A stretch of DNA of 64,000 nt from Gammaproteobacteria bacterium (GTDB lineage Bacteria; Pseudomonadota; Gammaproteobacteria; Magnimaribacterales; D2472), in contig JBJLIB010000014.1 in assembly GCA_045564015.1 (NCBI GenBank), positions 20,466 through 84,465 of the forward strand. Reading direction: 5' to 3'. The first letter of the stretch is position 1. Every line of letters begins with the position of its first letter. Position numbers and translations under genes: made by a program. This document shows positions 1 to 8,908 of this stretch, one piece after another. The notes under the pieces are model-generated. The model saw only the letters and a list, made by a program, of their open reading frames with translations. It ran no database searches and was not told where the DNA came from.

Positions 1-1031
1 TCTCCATGAGAGGCATAGGCACAAGACAAGATATCTGATTGCTGAGTTCGTGTTGGCATGCCGGTGGATGGGCCTCCCCTTTGAATATTAAAAATAACTA
101 CTGGGATTTCTGCAAAATAGGCTAGGCCAACAAATTCTGTCATGAGTGAAATTCCTGGTCCACTTGTTGCTGTAAATGCTCTTGCTCCATTCCAATTTGC
201 ACCAATTGCCATGCCAATAGATGACAACTCATCTTCAGCTTGCACAAAGGCAAATTTATTTTTACCTGTTTTATCATCAACCCTAAATTGGTCACAGTAT
301 TTTTTATATGATTCAGCCAAAGATGTTGACGGGGTGATAGGGTACCAAGCGCAAACCGTTGCTCCACCATAGACGCAACCCAGCCCTCCGGCATTGTTTC
401 CGTTCGTAAGGATCATCCCATCTGTAAGATTTTTTTGATTTACTTTTATATTACAAACATCAGTTAGATGTTTTTTTGCATAGTTAAAGCCCATTTCCAG
501 CGCCTGCACATTGGGCGCAATAAGTTTTTCTTTGCCTTTGAATTGCTCCTCAATGAGCTCAATAAAAATATCTTTGTTCATGCTCATCAAATATGACAAA
601 GCTCCTACATACACAAGGTTTTTAAATAAAAGCCTTGTTTTGGGGTTTTGAAATTCATCAACACATAATGAAGTTAGCGGTACCTCAATAATATTTATGT
701 CATCTCTATGAAATTCTCTTTTCCACGATGAATCATACAAAAGATATCCACCTGGATTAATTTCAGCAACGTCTTGAGAATAGGATTGTGGGTTCATTGC
801 AACCATGAAATCAATACCAGCTTTTCTTCCTAGATATCCTTTTTCACTAGCCCTTATTTCAAACCATGTTGGAAGGCCCTGAATGTTAGATGGAAAAATA
901 TTTTTTGGGCTGACGGGTATGCCTGATCTAAAAATGCCTTTTGCAAACATTTGATTAGCGCTTGCTGAGCCTGAGCCATTAACATTAGCAAATTTAATAA
1001 CAAATTCATTAATTGAGGTAATTTTACTCAT
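1..1031 (-). CDS. 2-oxoacid:acceptor (ferredoxin) oxidoreductase alpha subunit (fused gamma-alpha type). Only the N-terminal ~343 codons are present; the 3' end lies beyond the window.
   Basis: This ORF is absent from the ORF track because it runs off the window edge. My own translation from ATG 1031-1029 reads MSKITSINEFVIKFANVNGSGSASANQMFAKGIFRSGIPVSPKNIFPSNIQGLPTWFEIRASEKGY...GGATVCAWYPITPSTSLAE...TSGPGISLMTEFVGLAYFAEIPVVIFNIQRGGPSTGMPTRTQQSD. That is typical of KorA/PorA-type enzymes. The start overlaps the upstream stop (ATGA at 1028-1031). Confidence 0.85.
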   Translation of the reverse strand, partial: MSKITSINEFVIKFANVNGSGSASANQMFAKGIFRSGIPVSPKNIFPSNIQGLPTWFEIRASEKGYLGRKAGIDFMVAMNPQSYSQDVAEINPGGYLLYDSSWKREFHRDDINIIEVPLTSLCVDEFQNPKTRLLFKNLVYVGALSYLMSMNKDIFIELIEEQFKGKEKLIAPNVQALEMGFNYAKKHLTDVCNIKVNQKNLTDGMILTNGNNAGGLGCVYGGATVCAWYPITPSTSLAESYKKYCDQFRVDDKTGKNKFAFVQAEDELSSIGMAIGANWNGARAFTATSGPGISLMTEFVGLAYFAEIPVVIFNIQRGGPSTGMPTRTQQSDILSCAYASHG

Positions 1032-3031
1032 GAGTAGACCTTAGCTTCTTCATAAAGAAATGTTTGCATGTCCCAAGCACCAGTCGGGCATCTTTCTGCA
1101 CACAAACCACAATGCAGGCAAACATCTTCATCTTTAAACATCGTTCTTTTAGTTGGTAAGATTTTAGAAACCAATAAATCTTGTTCAATGTTTAAGGCAG
1201 GAATTCTGGTATTTTGTCTAACCTCATCTTCAGGCGCATTAAACATGAAATTAATACAATCTGTGGGGCAAATATCTACGCAAGCATCACACTCAATACA
1301 TAAGCTTTCAGAAAAGACGGTTTGCACATCGCAGTTTAAGCATCTTTGAGCTTCTTCCATGGCCAGATCTGCATCAAAGCCTTTTTCAACTTCAATTTTT
1401 AAGCTTTTCAGTGCTGTATCTTGATCTGCTTTAGGTACTAGAAATCTTTTGGCTTGAGAAATATCATTGTCATAGGACCATTCATGCAGCCCCATTTTTT
1501 GACTTACTAGATTCGTTCCAGGAGACGGCCTTTCATTGATATCTTCATTTTGACAGAATTTATGAATGGAAATTGCAGCTTGGTGTCCGTGAGCAGCAGC
1601 CCAGATTATATTTTCAGGTCCCCATGCAGCATCTCCACCAAAAAAGATTTTTGGATGAGTTGATTGAAATGTTACAGGATCAACAACGGGCATATCCCAT
1701 TCTCCAAACTCTAAACCTATGTCTCGCTCTATCCATTCAAATGAATTATCTTGGCCAATGGCCACTAATACATCATCACACTCAAGGATGACTGGCTTTT
1801 CATCTGTTGGTACCAGCGATCGATTTCCTTTTTCATCAAAAACAGCTTCGACTTTCTGAAATTCCATTCCAGTTAGCCTGCCAGATTCATGAATAAACTT
1901 TTTAGGAACGTGATTTTCAAGAATTGGAATATTTTCTTCCATCGCATCCTCTATCTCCCATTCAGAAGCTTTCATTTGAGAGAAAGGGCTTCTAACAACA
2001 ACCTTTACATCTTCAGCACCCAATCTTAAGGAAGATCGACAGCAATCCATTGCTGTGTTTCCACCCCCCAGTACAATTACCCTTTTTCCTATAGAGTCAA
2101 TATGCTCAAAGGCAATACTTGTTAAAAAATCTATGCCTATATGAATGTTAGCCTCAGCATCTTTACGACCTTCAATATTTAAATCTTTACCTTTTGGAGC
2201 CCCAGTTCCAATAAAAACAGCATCAAAATCTTCTTTTAAGAAATCTTTCAGGCTAGTGATCTCAGAATTAAATTTTGTTTTTAATCCCATATTAAGAATT
2301 TGATCAACCTCAGCATCCAAGACCTCTTCTGGAAGTCTGAATGATGGGATATTGGTTCTCATTAATCCACCAGCTTGAGGGTCTTTTTCAAAAAGCGTGC
2401 ACTCATATCCCATTACGATAAGATCTCTAGCAACAGTTAAGGATGCAGGCCCACCACCTATAAGAGCAATTTTTTTCCCATTGCATTTTTTAGGAGCTTT
2501 CGGCAATAGATCTGAAACATCATCTTTAAAATCAGCCGCAACTCTTTTTAGCCTGCATATAGCTACAGGTTTTTCATGAGTTCTAGTTCTTCGGCAAGCT
2601 GGTTCACAAGGCCTATCGCATGTCCTGCCTAGAATTCCAGGAAATACATTAGACTCCCAATTAATCATATAGGCTTCTGTGTATTCATTTTGAGATATTT
2701 TTCTAATGTATTCTGGAACAGGTGTATGAGCTGGGCATGCATATTGGCAATCTACAACTTTATGATAATACTGAGGGTCAGAGGTATCAGTGACTGGCAT
2801 AAAAGTTTTTACAGGATTTTTTCCATTTGACTGTCTGAGGTTTTCTTTGGCAGCAAATATTTGAGATTTAAAATCTTCTACCACCGCTTCTCTTAATTTT
2901 TGAGCCTCAGATAATTCGTGGGTATGCAAGGAGGTTCTCAGATCAAAACCTAGCTCCTTACGAAGATCTTTTGGAACAGCAACTTTTACCCAATAGGTAT
3001 TATGTCTTTTAAATAAGTATTTTGTATCCAT
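1028..3031 (-). CDS. GltD/NfnB-like NAD(P)H-dependent FAD oxidoreductase fused to a C-terminal 2x[4Fe-4S] ferredoxin domain, with an atypical ~75-aa N-terminal extension
   Basis: 667-aa ORF. It has an N-terminal Fe-S region (CQYACPAHTP...CDRPCEPAC) and two dinucleotide folds (GGGPASL, GGGNTAMD). The C-terminus carries CIECDACVDICP and CLHCGLCAERCP. A strong SD (GGAGGGGAG, forward 3041-3049) ends 9 nt upstream of ATG 3031. The gene is translationally coupled to the oxidoreductase alpha subunit downstream. Confidence 0.85.
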   Translation of the reverse strand: MDTKYLFKRHNTYWVKVAVPKDLRKELGFDLRTSLHTHELSEAQKLREAVVEDFKSQIFAAKENLRQSNGKNPVKTFMPVTDTSDPQYYHKVVDCQYACPAHTPVPEYIRKISQNEYTEAYMINWESNVFPGILGRTCDRPCEPACRRTRTHEKPVAICRLKRVAADFKDDVSDLLPKAPKKCNGKKIALIGGGPASLTVARDLIVMGYECTLFEKDPQAGGLMRTNIPSFRLPEEVLDAEVDQILNMGLKTKFNSEITSLKDFLKEDFDAVFIGTGAPKGKDLNIEGRKDAEANIHIGIDFLTSIAFEHIDSIGKRVIVLGGGNTAMDCCRSSLRLGAEDVKVVVRSPFSQMKASEWEIEDAMEENIPILENHVPKKFIHESGRLTGMEFQKVEAVFDEKGNRSLVPTDEKPVILECDDVLVAIGQDNSFEWIERDIGLEFGEWDMPVVDPVTFQSTHPKIFFGGDAAWGPENIIWAAAHGHQAAISIHKFCQNEDINERPSPGTNLVSQKMGLHEWSYDNDISQAKRFLVPKADQDTALKSLKIEVEKGFDADLAMEEAQRCLNCDVQTVFSESLCIECDACVDICPTDCINFMFNAPEDEVRQNTRIPALNIEQDLLVSKILPTKRTMFKDEDVCLHCGLCAERCPTGAWDMQTFLYEEAKVYS

Positions 3032-3211
3032 ATAATTTGGCTCCCCTCCAAATTAGCTATAAGGTACAGGAAAAAACCTTATCTTATAGGAATCACTAAG
3101 TTCACAATAAACATATAACAAATAATATGCAACTTAATATCTGAGTGTTTTTTTTACCTTTAAGTAAGAAATTTTTTATGCTATAAATTATATATCTTAC
3201 GTTTAAATCAA

Positions 3212-3526
3212 ATGCAGTTTTCCATTATTATCAAGGCTTGTAGTTTCCTTGTTTTAATAATTTTAAGTGGTTGCCAAACAGACGAACTTACCCCATACGA
3301 AAAAGCAAAAAATCCATATGGTCATTTGGGTGTAGAAGGTTATATGGGCGCAGCAATGACAACATGTTTAGGAATGGCTCCTCCGGGTCCACCTATACGC
3401 AGAGAGAAAGATGGTGCTTCTGTTGTCGCTGACAGTCACTATCCCGAGCAACCTGGTTATTTTGATTGTATAGATAAAGAAATCTATAAAGTTGAGCAAA
3501 AGCGGGAAGAAAAAGACTCTGATTGA
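3212..3526 (+). CDS. small hypothetical lipoprotein
   Basis: 104-aa ORF with a signal peptide ending in the lipobox LSGC. I recognise no family. Confidence 0.5.
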   Translation: MQFSIIIKACSFLVLIILSGCQTDELTPYEKAKNPYGHLGVEGYMGAAMTTCLGMAPPGPPIRREKDGASVVADSHYPEQPGYFDCIDKEIYKVEQKREEKDSD

Positions 3527-3591
3527 GGCATAAGATTTTTTAGCCAACTAAATCTTGAAAATTATCTTAAATTTCAGATGAAGTGTTCTTA

Positions 3592-4752
3592 TTATAATTT
3601 TTTTAATCCAGCACTAATAGCATCTATAAGGTCGTCAGTATTTTCCAGACCAGCAGATATTCTTATTAAACCCTCTGAAATCCCAATTTTTTCTTTTTCT
3701 TCAGGAGTTAACTGAGCATGTGACATTGTGTAGGGATGAGCAGTCAAACTTTCAAACCCACCAAGCGATTCGGCAAATGACAAGATTTCAAGCTCATGTA
3801 CAAATTTTTTTGCTGACTCAACTCCACCTTTAATTTCAAAACTTAGCATGCCTCCAAAACCTTTTTGTTGTTTTTTTGCAATTGCATGAGAAGGGTGATT
3901 TAAAAGACCTGGATAATAGACAGTCTTTATCTTGTCACTGTTGGATAGCAACTCAACTATTGCTGCTGCATTTTTTTCATGCTTTTCCATTCTAATAGAT
4001 AGTGTTCTTAAACCTCGAAGGGTGAGGTAACTATCAAAAGGAGCACCAGTAATGCCTAGATTGTTTGCCCAGAATTTTAAATCTGTAAGGATTTCTTCAT
4101 TGTTTGTTATTACCGCACCGCCAACAATGTCAGAGTGACCATTGATATATTTTGTTGAGGAGTGCATCACTATGTCTGCCCCCAGAAGCAATGGGTTTTG
4201 CAGGACAGGAGATAAAAAAGTATTGTCAACAACGACTAATGAGTGATGAAGTTTAGCTTTTTGTGCAATCTGCTCAATATCTACTACTTGTAAAAGAGGG
4301 TTAGATGGGGTTTCAATCCAAACTAAATCTGGATTAATTTCCTCAAAAGTTTTTTCAAGTGCTATGAGATCACTCTGATCAGTGAAATACACATCAAGAA
4401 CTCCCTTCTCTTTAAGGGATGTGAATAATCTTATAGTGCCTCCATAACAATCATGCGGGAGAATCACTTTGCTATTAAGCCTGAGGGTATTTGCAATTAA
4501 AGTAACTGCTGCCATTCCTGAGCTTGTTACTTCTCCACCTATGCCACTTTCAAGGTCACTAAGTGCGTTCGTTAAATGATCTCTTGTAGGATTGCCATCT
4601 CTTGTATATTCATATGCTTGCTCTTTTCCCAGCTCATCAAAGACAAAATTTGTTGATAAATACAATGGAGGGACTACTGATCCATGCTGCTCATCGCTTT
4701 TAATACCAGCCCTCGATGTAATTGTTTCTTTGTTTAATTTCTTTTTCATCAT
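3592..4752 (-). CDS. Cys/Met-metabolism PLP-dependent enzyme (cystathionine gamma-synthase / beta-lyase / O-succinylhomoserine sulfhydrylase family)
   Basis: The PLP-lysine motif SSTKYINGHSD is present and the protein looks like the trans-sulfuration family across its full length. The ORF track starts at a TTG (4767); I prefer the ATGATG at 4752. Confidence 0.85.
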   Translation of the reverse strand: MMKKKLNKETITSRAGIKSDEQHGSVVPPLYLSTNFVFDELGKEQAYEYTRDGNPTRDHLTNALSDLESGIGGEVTSSGMAAVTLIANTLRLNSKVILPHDCYGGTIRLFTSLKEKGVLDVYFTDQSDLIALEKTFEEINPDLVWIETPSNPLLQVVDIEQIAQKAKLHHSLVVVDNTFLSPVLQNPLLLGADIVMHSSTKYINGHSDIVGGAVITNNEEILTDLKFWANNLGITGAPFDSYLTLRGLRTLSIRMEKHEKNAAAIVELLSNSDKIKTVYYPGLLNHPSHAIAKKQQKGFGGMLSFEIKGGVESAKKFVHELEILSFAESLGGFESLTAHPYTMSHAQLTPEEKEKIGISEGLIRISAGLENTDDLIDAISAGLKKL

Positions 4753-4784
4753 AATCTCACTATGCAATTTTAAAATGGGAAGGC

Positions 4785-4815
4785 AAAAAAAAACCCATCA
4801 GCCTAGCTAGATAGG
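4785..4815 (-). terminator. intrinsic terminator inside the 5' leader of the PLP-enzyme gene (attenuator)
   Basis: Read on the minus strand: stem CCUAUC/GAUGGG (6 bp including one G-U), a 10-nt loop, then U9 (the forward A-run at 4785-4793). It lies ~35 nt upstream of the start codon, and no gene ends here on either strand. Confidence 0.6.
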
Positions 4816-4825
4816 TTTCTTAGGT

Positions 4826-4880
4826 TCTATTTAGCTGAATTTATAAAGCACCCGCAAGCTGAATTCAAATCAGTGCTTAA
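4826..4880 (-). promoter_or_regulatory. structured leader element (candidate riboswitch aptamer, class unassigned)
   Basis: On the minus strand there is a 6-bp stem AAGCAC/GUGCUU (4878-4873 / 4851-4846) enclosing a 21-nt loop, UGAUUUGAAUUCAGCUUGCGG. The 3' tail UAUAAAUUCAGCUAAAUAG repeats the 9-mer AAUUCAGCU found in the loop. The attenuator terminator follows directly. Confidence 0.4.
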
Positions 4881-4962
4881 ATTATTTTAGACATAAAATT
4901 TTTTCACGCAAGCTTATTATAATTTTAGCTGCTTATATTATTAATTATGTTAAAGTCAAAAA

Positions 4963-5553
4963 ATGCCATTAGTGGAACCATTAACTGATATTTCAGATCC
5001 AGAAGTTAAGGAGCTGGTTAATTTTTTTAATGAAACATTGGGATTTTGCCCTAACTCAGTTCTTACAATGCAAAGAAGGCCCAGCATCGCAAAGGCATTT
5101 GTCCAGCTTAATATGGCTGTTATGGAAAATCATGGAAAGCTTACTTCGGAATTCAAGAGATTGATTGCTTTTGTGAGCAGTAATACTGCTGGGTGTAGAT
5201 ACTGCCAGGCCCACACCATCAGAGCTGCTGAGCGCTATGGTTCTTCATTAGAGAGATTAGAAAATGTTTGGGATTTTGAAAATCAAAATTGTTTTAGTGA
5301 TGCCGAAAAATCTGCCTTAAGGTTTGCACAAGAAGCTAGTATGGTTCCTGTGAATGTTGCTGAAAGCACAGAAACGCAATTACATGCTTACTGGTCAAAT
5401 GAAGATATTATTGAAATTATGGGCGTAGTCGCATTATTTGGTTATTTAAATCGATGGAATGATGTTATGGCTACTACTCTAGAAGATGGCGCAAATCTCT
5501 CGGGCAGTGATTTACTGAAAGGAACTTCGTGGGTTCCTGGTAAGCATGCCTAA
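4963..5553 (+). CDS. carboxymuconolactone decarboxylase / AhpD-like peroxidase-related protein
   Basis: 196-aa ORF with the CxxC-x-H motif (CRYCQAH) typical of the AhpD/CMD fold. Confidence 0.65.
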   Translation: MPLVEPLTDISDPEVKELVNFFNETLGFCPNSVLTMQRRPSIAKAFVQLNMAVMENHGKLTSEFKRLIAFVSSNTAGCRYCQAHTIRAAERYGSSLERLENVWDFENQNCFSDAEKSALRFAQEASMVPVNVAESTETQLHAYWSNEDIIEIMGVVALFGYLNRWNDVMATTLEDGANLSGSDLLKGTSWVPGKHA

Positions 5554-6872
5554 GTGCCTTTGCCTTTTTTCCAGCGAGTTTTAGCCTTAGATCCTCTCTT
5601 TTTATTTTGACTAGGCTTTTTCTTTGACCCAGTAGTGGATTTTTTAAAATCTGCTTTACCTTTTTTTGCAGCCTGCCTCTTTTGAAATCCAAATTTTTTG
5701 CCTTTGGATCTTTTTTGTCCTGAGCTATTTTCTGGTTTATTCGATGGTTTAAAACCTTCTTCTATTTTTTGAGGTATCTTGCTATCAATTAACTCCTCAA
5801 TTCCTCTCAGGAATTTTTGTTCATCTATGCTTAAAAAAGATATCGCGGTGCCTTCTCTGCCTGCTCGACCAGTTCTTCCTATTCTATGAATATAATCATT
5901 GGGGTATGTAGGCATATCAAAATTAACAACATAAGGTAAATTACTTATATCAATCCCTCGTGCGGCAACATCAGTTGCAACCAAAACCCTTACATCCTTT
6001 TCCTTAAACTCTCTAAGCGCACGTGTTCTCGCACCTTGAGTTTTATCACCATGAATGGTTGCAGTTTGTATATCAGCATCATTGAGTTTTTTAGCAATTT
6101 TTTCAGAGCCATGTTTTGTTCTTGAAAAAACTAATGCCTGAGGCCATTGCTCCGAATGAATGAGATGGCTTAACAAATCAGATTTTTGGCTTTTATTTAC
6201 TTTATAAACAATTTGTTTAATTGCACTCACAGTGCTGTTGGGTGAGTCAGCAGCAATTTCTACTAGGTCTGTCCCTAGTGACTGCGCAAGCTTTTTAATC
6301 TCCGGAGAAAAAGTTGCTGAAAAGAGAAGGTTTTGTCTGTTTGGAGGGGTTAGAGAAATAATTTTTTTGATATCATGAATAAATCCCATATCAAGCATAT
6401 GATCAGCCTCATCTAAAACAAGGATTTGTATTTGGTTCAATTTTACTGATTTTTGATTATGCAAATCCAACAATCTACCTGGAGTAGCAACAAGAATATC
6501 TAATCCCTTTTTGAGTTTAGATTTTTGTGGAAAAATTTTAGCTCCACCAAATATTGCTGCAGACGTGATAGAGGTAAATTTTCCATAAGTGTAAACATTC
6601 TCTCTAACTTGCGCGGCTAATTCGCGAGTAGGGGTTAAAACCAATGCATGCACATGTTTGCGATATGGTTTTGCTTGATTTTGCAAAAGCTCAATCATCG
6701 GTAAAACAAAGCTGCCTGTTTTACCAGTTCCAGTTTGTGCTGCTGCCATTAGATTTTTCCCTGATAAGACGATAGGAATTGCCTGTTTTTGAATTTCTGA
6801 GGGTTCAGAATGCTTAAGGTCTTCTAGAGATCTTAAAATAGGATCGGATAATCCGAGTTCTTTAAATGACAT
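5550..6872 (-). CDS. rhlE: ATP-dependent DEAD-box RNA helicase
   Basis: Helicase motifs are present: AQTGTGKT (I), VLDEADHMLD (II, DEAD), SAT (III) and HRIGRTGRAG (VI). The C-terminal tail is lysine-rich. Confidence 0.9.
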   Translation of the reverse strand: MSFKELGLSDPILRSLEDLKHSEPSEIQKQAIPIVLSGKNLMAAAQTGTGKTGSFVLPMIELLQNQAKPYRKHVHALVLTPTRELAAQVRENVYTYGKFTSITSAAIFGGAKIFPQKSKLKKGLDILVATPGRLLDLHNQKSVKLNQIQILVLDEADHMLDMGFIHDIKKIISLTPPNRQNLLFSATFSPEIKKLAQSLGTDLVEIAADSPNSTVSAIKQIVYKVNKSQKSDLLSHLIHSEQWPQALVFSRTKHGSEKIAKKLNDADIQTATIHGDKTQGARTRALREFKEKDVRVLVATDVAARGIDISNLPYVVNFDMPTYPNDYIHRIGRTGRAGREGTAISFLSIDEQKFLRGIEELIDSKIPQKIEEGFKPSNKPENSSGQKRSKGKKFGFQKRQAAKKGKADFKKSTTGSKKKPSQNKKRGSKAKTRWKKGKGT

Positions 6873-7034
6873 TTTGGTTTAAATAAGTCTGTCTGATATC
6901 AACCAGATGACTGCAGAGTATAGACTTACTGAGCTAGGGTCAATGAAGCAGTAAATATATATTTAATATTAGTCGTTATGTGGGGTATTTCTTTTTTATT
7001 ATTCTCGTATAATCCCCCTCAATAATTACCCATC

Positions 7035-8819
7035 ATGAATAAAGAAAATCTAAGAAACATAGCAATCATTGCCCATGTCGATCATGGCAAAACAACTTTA
7101 GTTGATAAGTTGTTGCAACAATCCGGAACGTTAGATCGAAAAAATATGGCAACTGAAAGGATCATGGATTCCAATGATCAGGAAAGGGAAAGAGGGATTA
7201 CTATTCTGGCTAAAAATACTGCTATTAATTGGAAAGATCATAGGATTAACATAGTTGATACTCCAGGACACGCTGATTTTGGTGGAGAGGTTGAAAGAGT
7301 TCTATCTATGGTCGATTCAGTATTATTACTTGTTGATGCTGTAGATGGACCCATGCCCCAAACAAGATTTGTTACGCAAAAGGCGTTTGAAAAAGGGCTG
7401 AATCCAATTTTGGTGATCAATAAGGTTGATCGTCCAGAAGCAAGACCTCATTGGGTGCTGGATCAAGTATTTGAATTATTCGATAACCTTGGAGCAACTG
7501 ACGAGCAGCTAGATTTCACTGTAATTTATGCTTCTGCTATTAATGGGCTAGCAGGGCATGAGCCTGATGAGCTTGCTGATGACATGACTCCGCTGCTGGA
7601 TATGATCACCGAGAAGGTTGATGCGCCAGATGTTGATCAAAATGCCCCATTTAGAATGCAGATTTCAGCTTTGGACAGCAATAGCTATGTGGGAGTCATT
7701 GGTATCGGTAGAATCACTGGCGGAAGCGTTAAGCCAAACGATCGTGTTGTAGTGGTAGATAAAGATGGAGTTGAGCGAAAAGCTAAAGTTCTCCAAGTGC
7801 TAGGGCATCATGGGCTCGAAAGAGTCGAAACGCAGGAAGCCAAAGCAGGTGATATCGTTTGTATTACTGGGGTGGAAGCATTAAATATTTCTGATACATT
7901 GTGTCATCCTGAGCACATCAATCCTCTGCCAGCATTATCCGTTGATGAGCCCACAGTTAGCATGGTTTTTCAAGTCAACGACTCTCCTTTTTGCGGAAAA
8001 GAGGGTAAATATGTGACTTCAAGAAATATCAAAGATCGATTAGACCAAGAGCTAATTCACAATGTCGCTTTGAGGGTTGAAGAAGGCGAAAGTCCAGATC
8101 AATTTAAGGTTTCAGGACGAGGCGAATTACACCTTTCAGTATTAATTGAAACTATGCGAAGGGAAAATTATGAATTGGCTGTATCTAAACCTCAAGTTAT
8201 CCAAAAAGTGGTTGGAGAAGAAATTCATGAACCATTTGAAGTTGTTGTAATTGACATCCAAGAGGAGCATCAAGGTGCAATCATGGAAGAGATGGGTAAT
8301 AGAAAAGCAGACTTACAGTCACTGGTAATAACAGAAAATGGCCGTATGCGGCTTGAATTTATGGCTCCATCAAGAGGGCTAATCGGGTTTAGATCACAAT
8401 TTCTTACTCTCACAAGCGGAAGCGGGATTTTAACGAGTGTCTTTGATCATTATGGGCTTGCTAAAAAGGGTGACATAGCCACTCGTCAAAATGGTGTAAT
8501 GGTCTCAATGATTACTGGAAAAACCCTAGCCTATGCATTATTTAATCTGCAAAATAGAGGTCGTATGTTTGTTGGTCATGGGCTTGAGATATACAAAGGT
8601 CAAATAGTTGGGCTGCATTCTAGAGACAATGATTTGCCTGTTAATCCAACTAAAGCTAAACAATTAACCAATATAAGAGCAGCTGGAACAGATGAGAATC
8701 TGATACTAACTCCTCACATTCAGCATACACTAGAGCAAGCACTTGAGTTTATTGAAGATGATGAGTTGGTAGAAGTTACCCCTGCAAGCATAAGACTTAG
8801 AAAAAAAATTATTCGTTAA
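7035..8819 (+). CDS. typA: translational GTPase TypA/BipA
   Basis: 594 aa. The G-domain motifs [14 protein letters not shown] and NKVD are present, and the overall TypA length and architecture fit. Confidence 0.95.
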   Translation: MNKENLRNIAIIAHVDHGKTTLVDKLLQQSGTLDRKNMATERIMDSNDQERERGITILAKNTAINWKDHRINIVDTPGHADFGGEVERVLSMVDSVLLLVDAVDGPMPQTRFVTQKAFEKGLNPILVINKVDRPEARPHWVLDQVFELFDNLGATDEQLDFTVIYASAINGLAGHEPDELADDMTPLLDMITEKVDAPDVDQNAPFRMQISALDSNSYVGVIGIGRITGGSVKPNDRVVVVDKDGVERKAKVLQVLGHHGLERVETQEAKAGDIVCITGVEALNISDTLCHPEHINPLPALSVDEPTVSMVFQVNDSPFCGKEGKYVTSRNIKDRLDQELIHNVALRVEEGESPDQFKVSGRGELHLSVLIETMRRENYELAVSKPQVIQKVVGEEIHEPFEVVVIDIQEEHQGAIMEEMGNRKADLQSLVITENGRMRLEFMAPSRGLIGFRSQFLTLTSGSGILTSVFDHYGLAKKGDIATRQNGVMVSMITGKTLAYALFNLQNRGRMFVGHGLEIYKGQIVGLHSRDNDLPVNPTKAKQLTNIRAAGTDENLILTPHIQHTLEQALEFIEDDELVEVTPASIRLRKKIIR

Positions 8820-8908
8820 AATAATTCTAGCCATCAAATACTGTTTCTTTAGCTCAATTACCCTTAATATTAGAATCTAATCATTTAATAAGCTGTGGGG
8901 TATCTTAA

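Noticed and set aside
140-394. The ORF-track entries 140..394 (-) and 142..372 (+).
   Set aside because: Both lie inside the much longer, well-supported oxidoreductase alpha-subunit reading frame (1-1031, minus strand) that runs off the window edge. One is out of frame and the other is antisense, so both are spurious.
3059-3070. The 8-mer AAGGTACA recurring in three intergenic regions (about 3062, 34677 and 34767).
   Set aside because: A rough expectation for this 8-mer on both strands of 64 kb at this base composition is 2-3 copies, so three occurrences are not significant.
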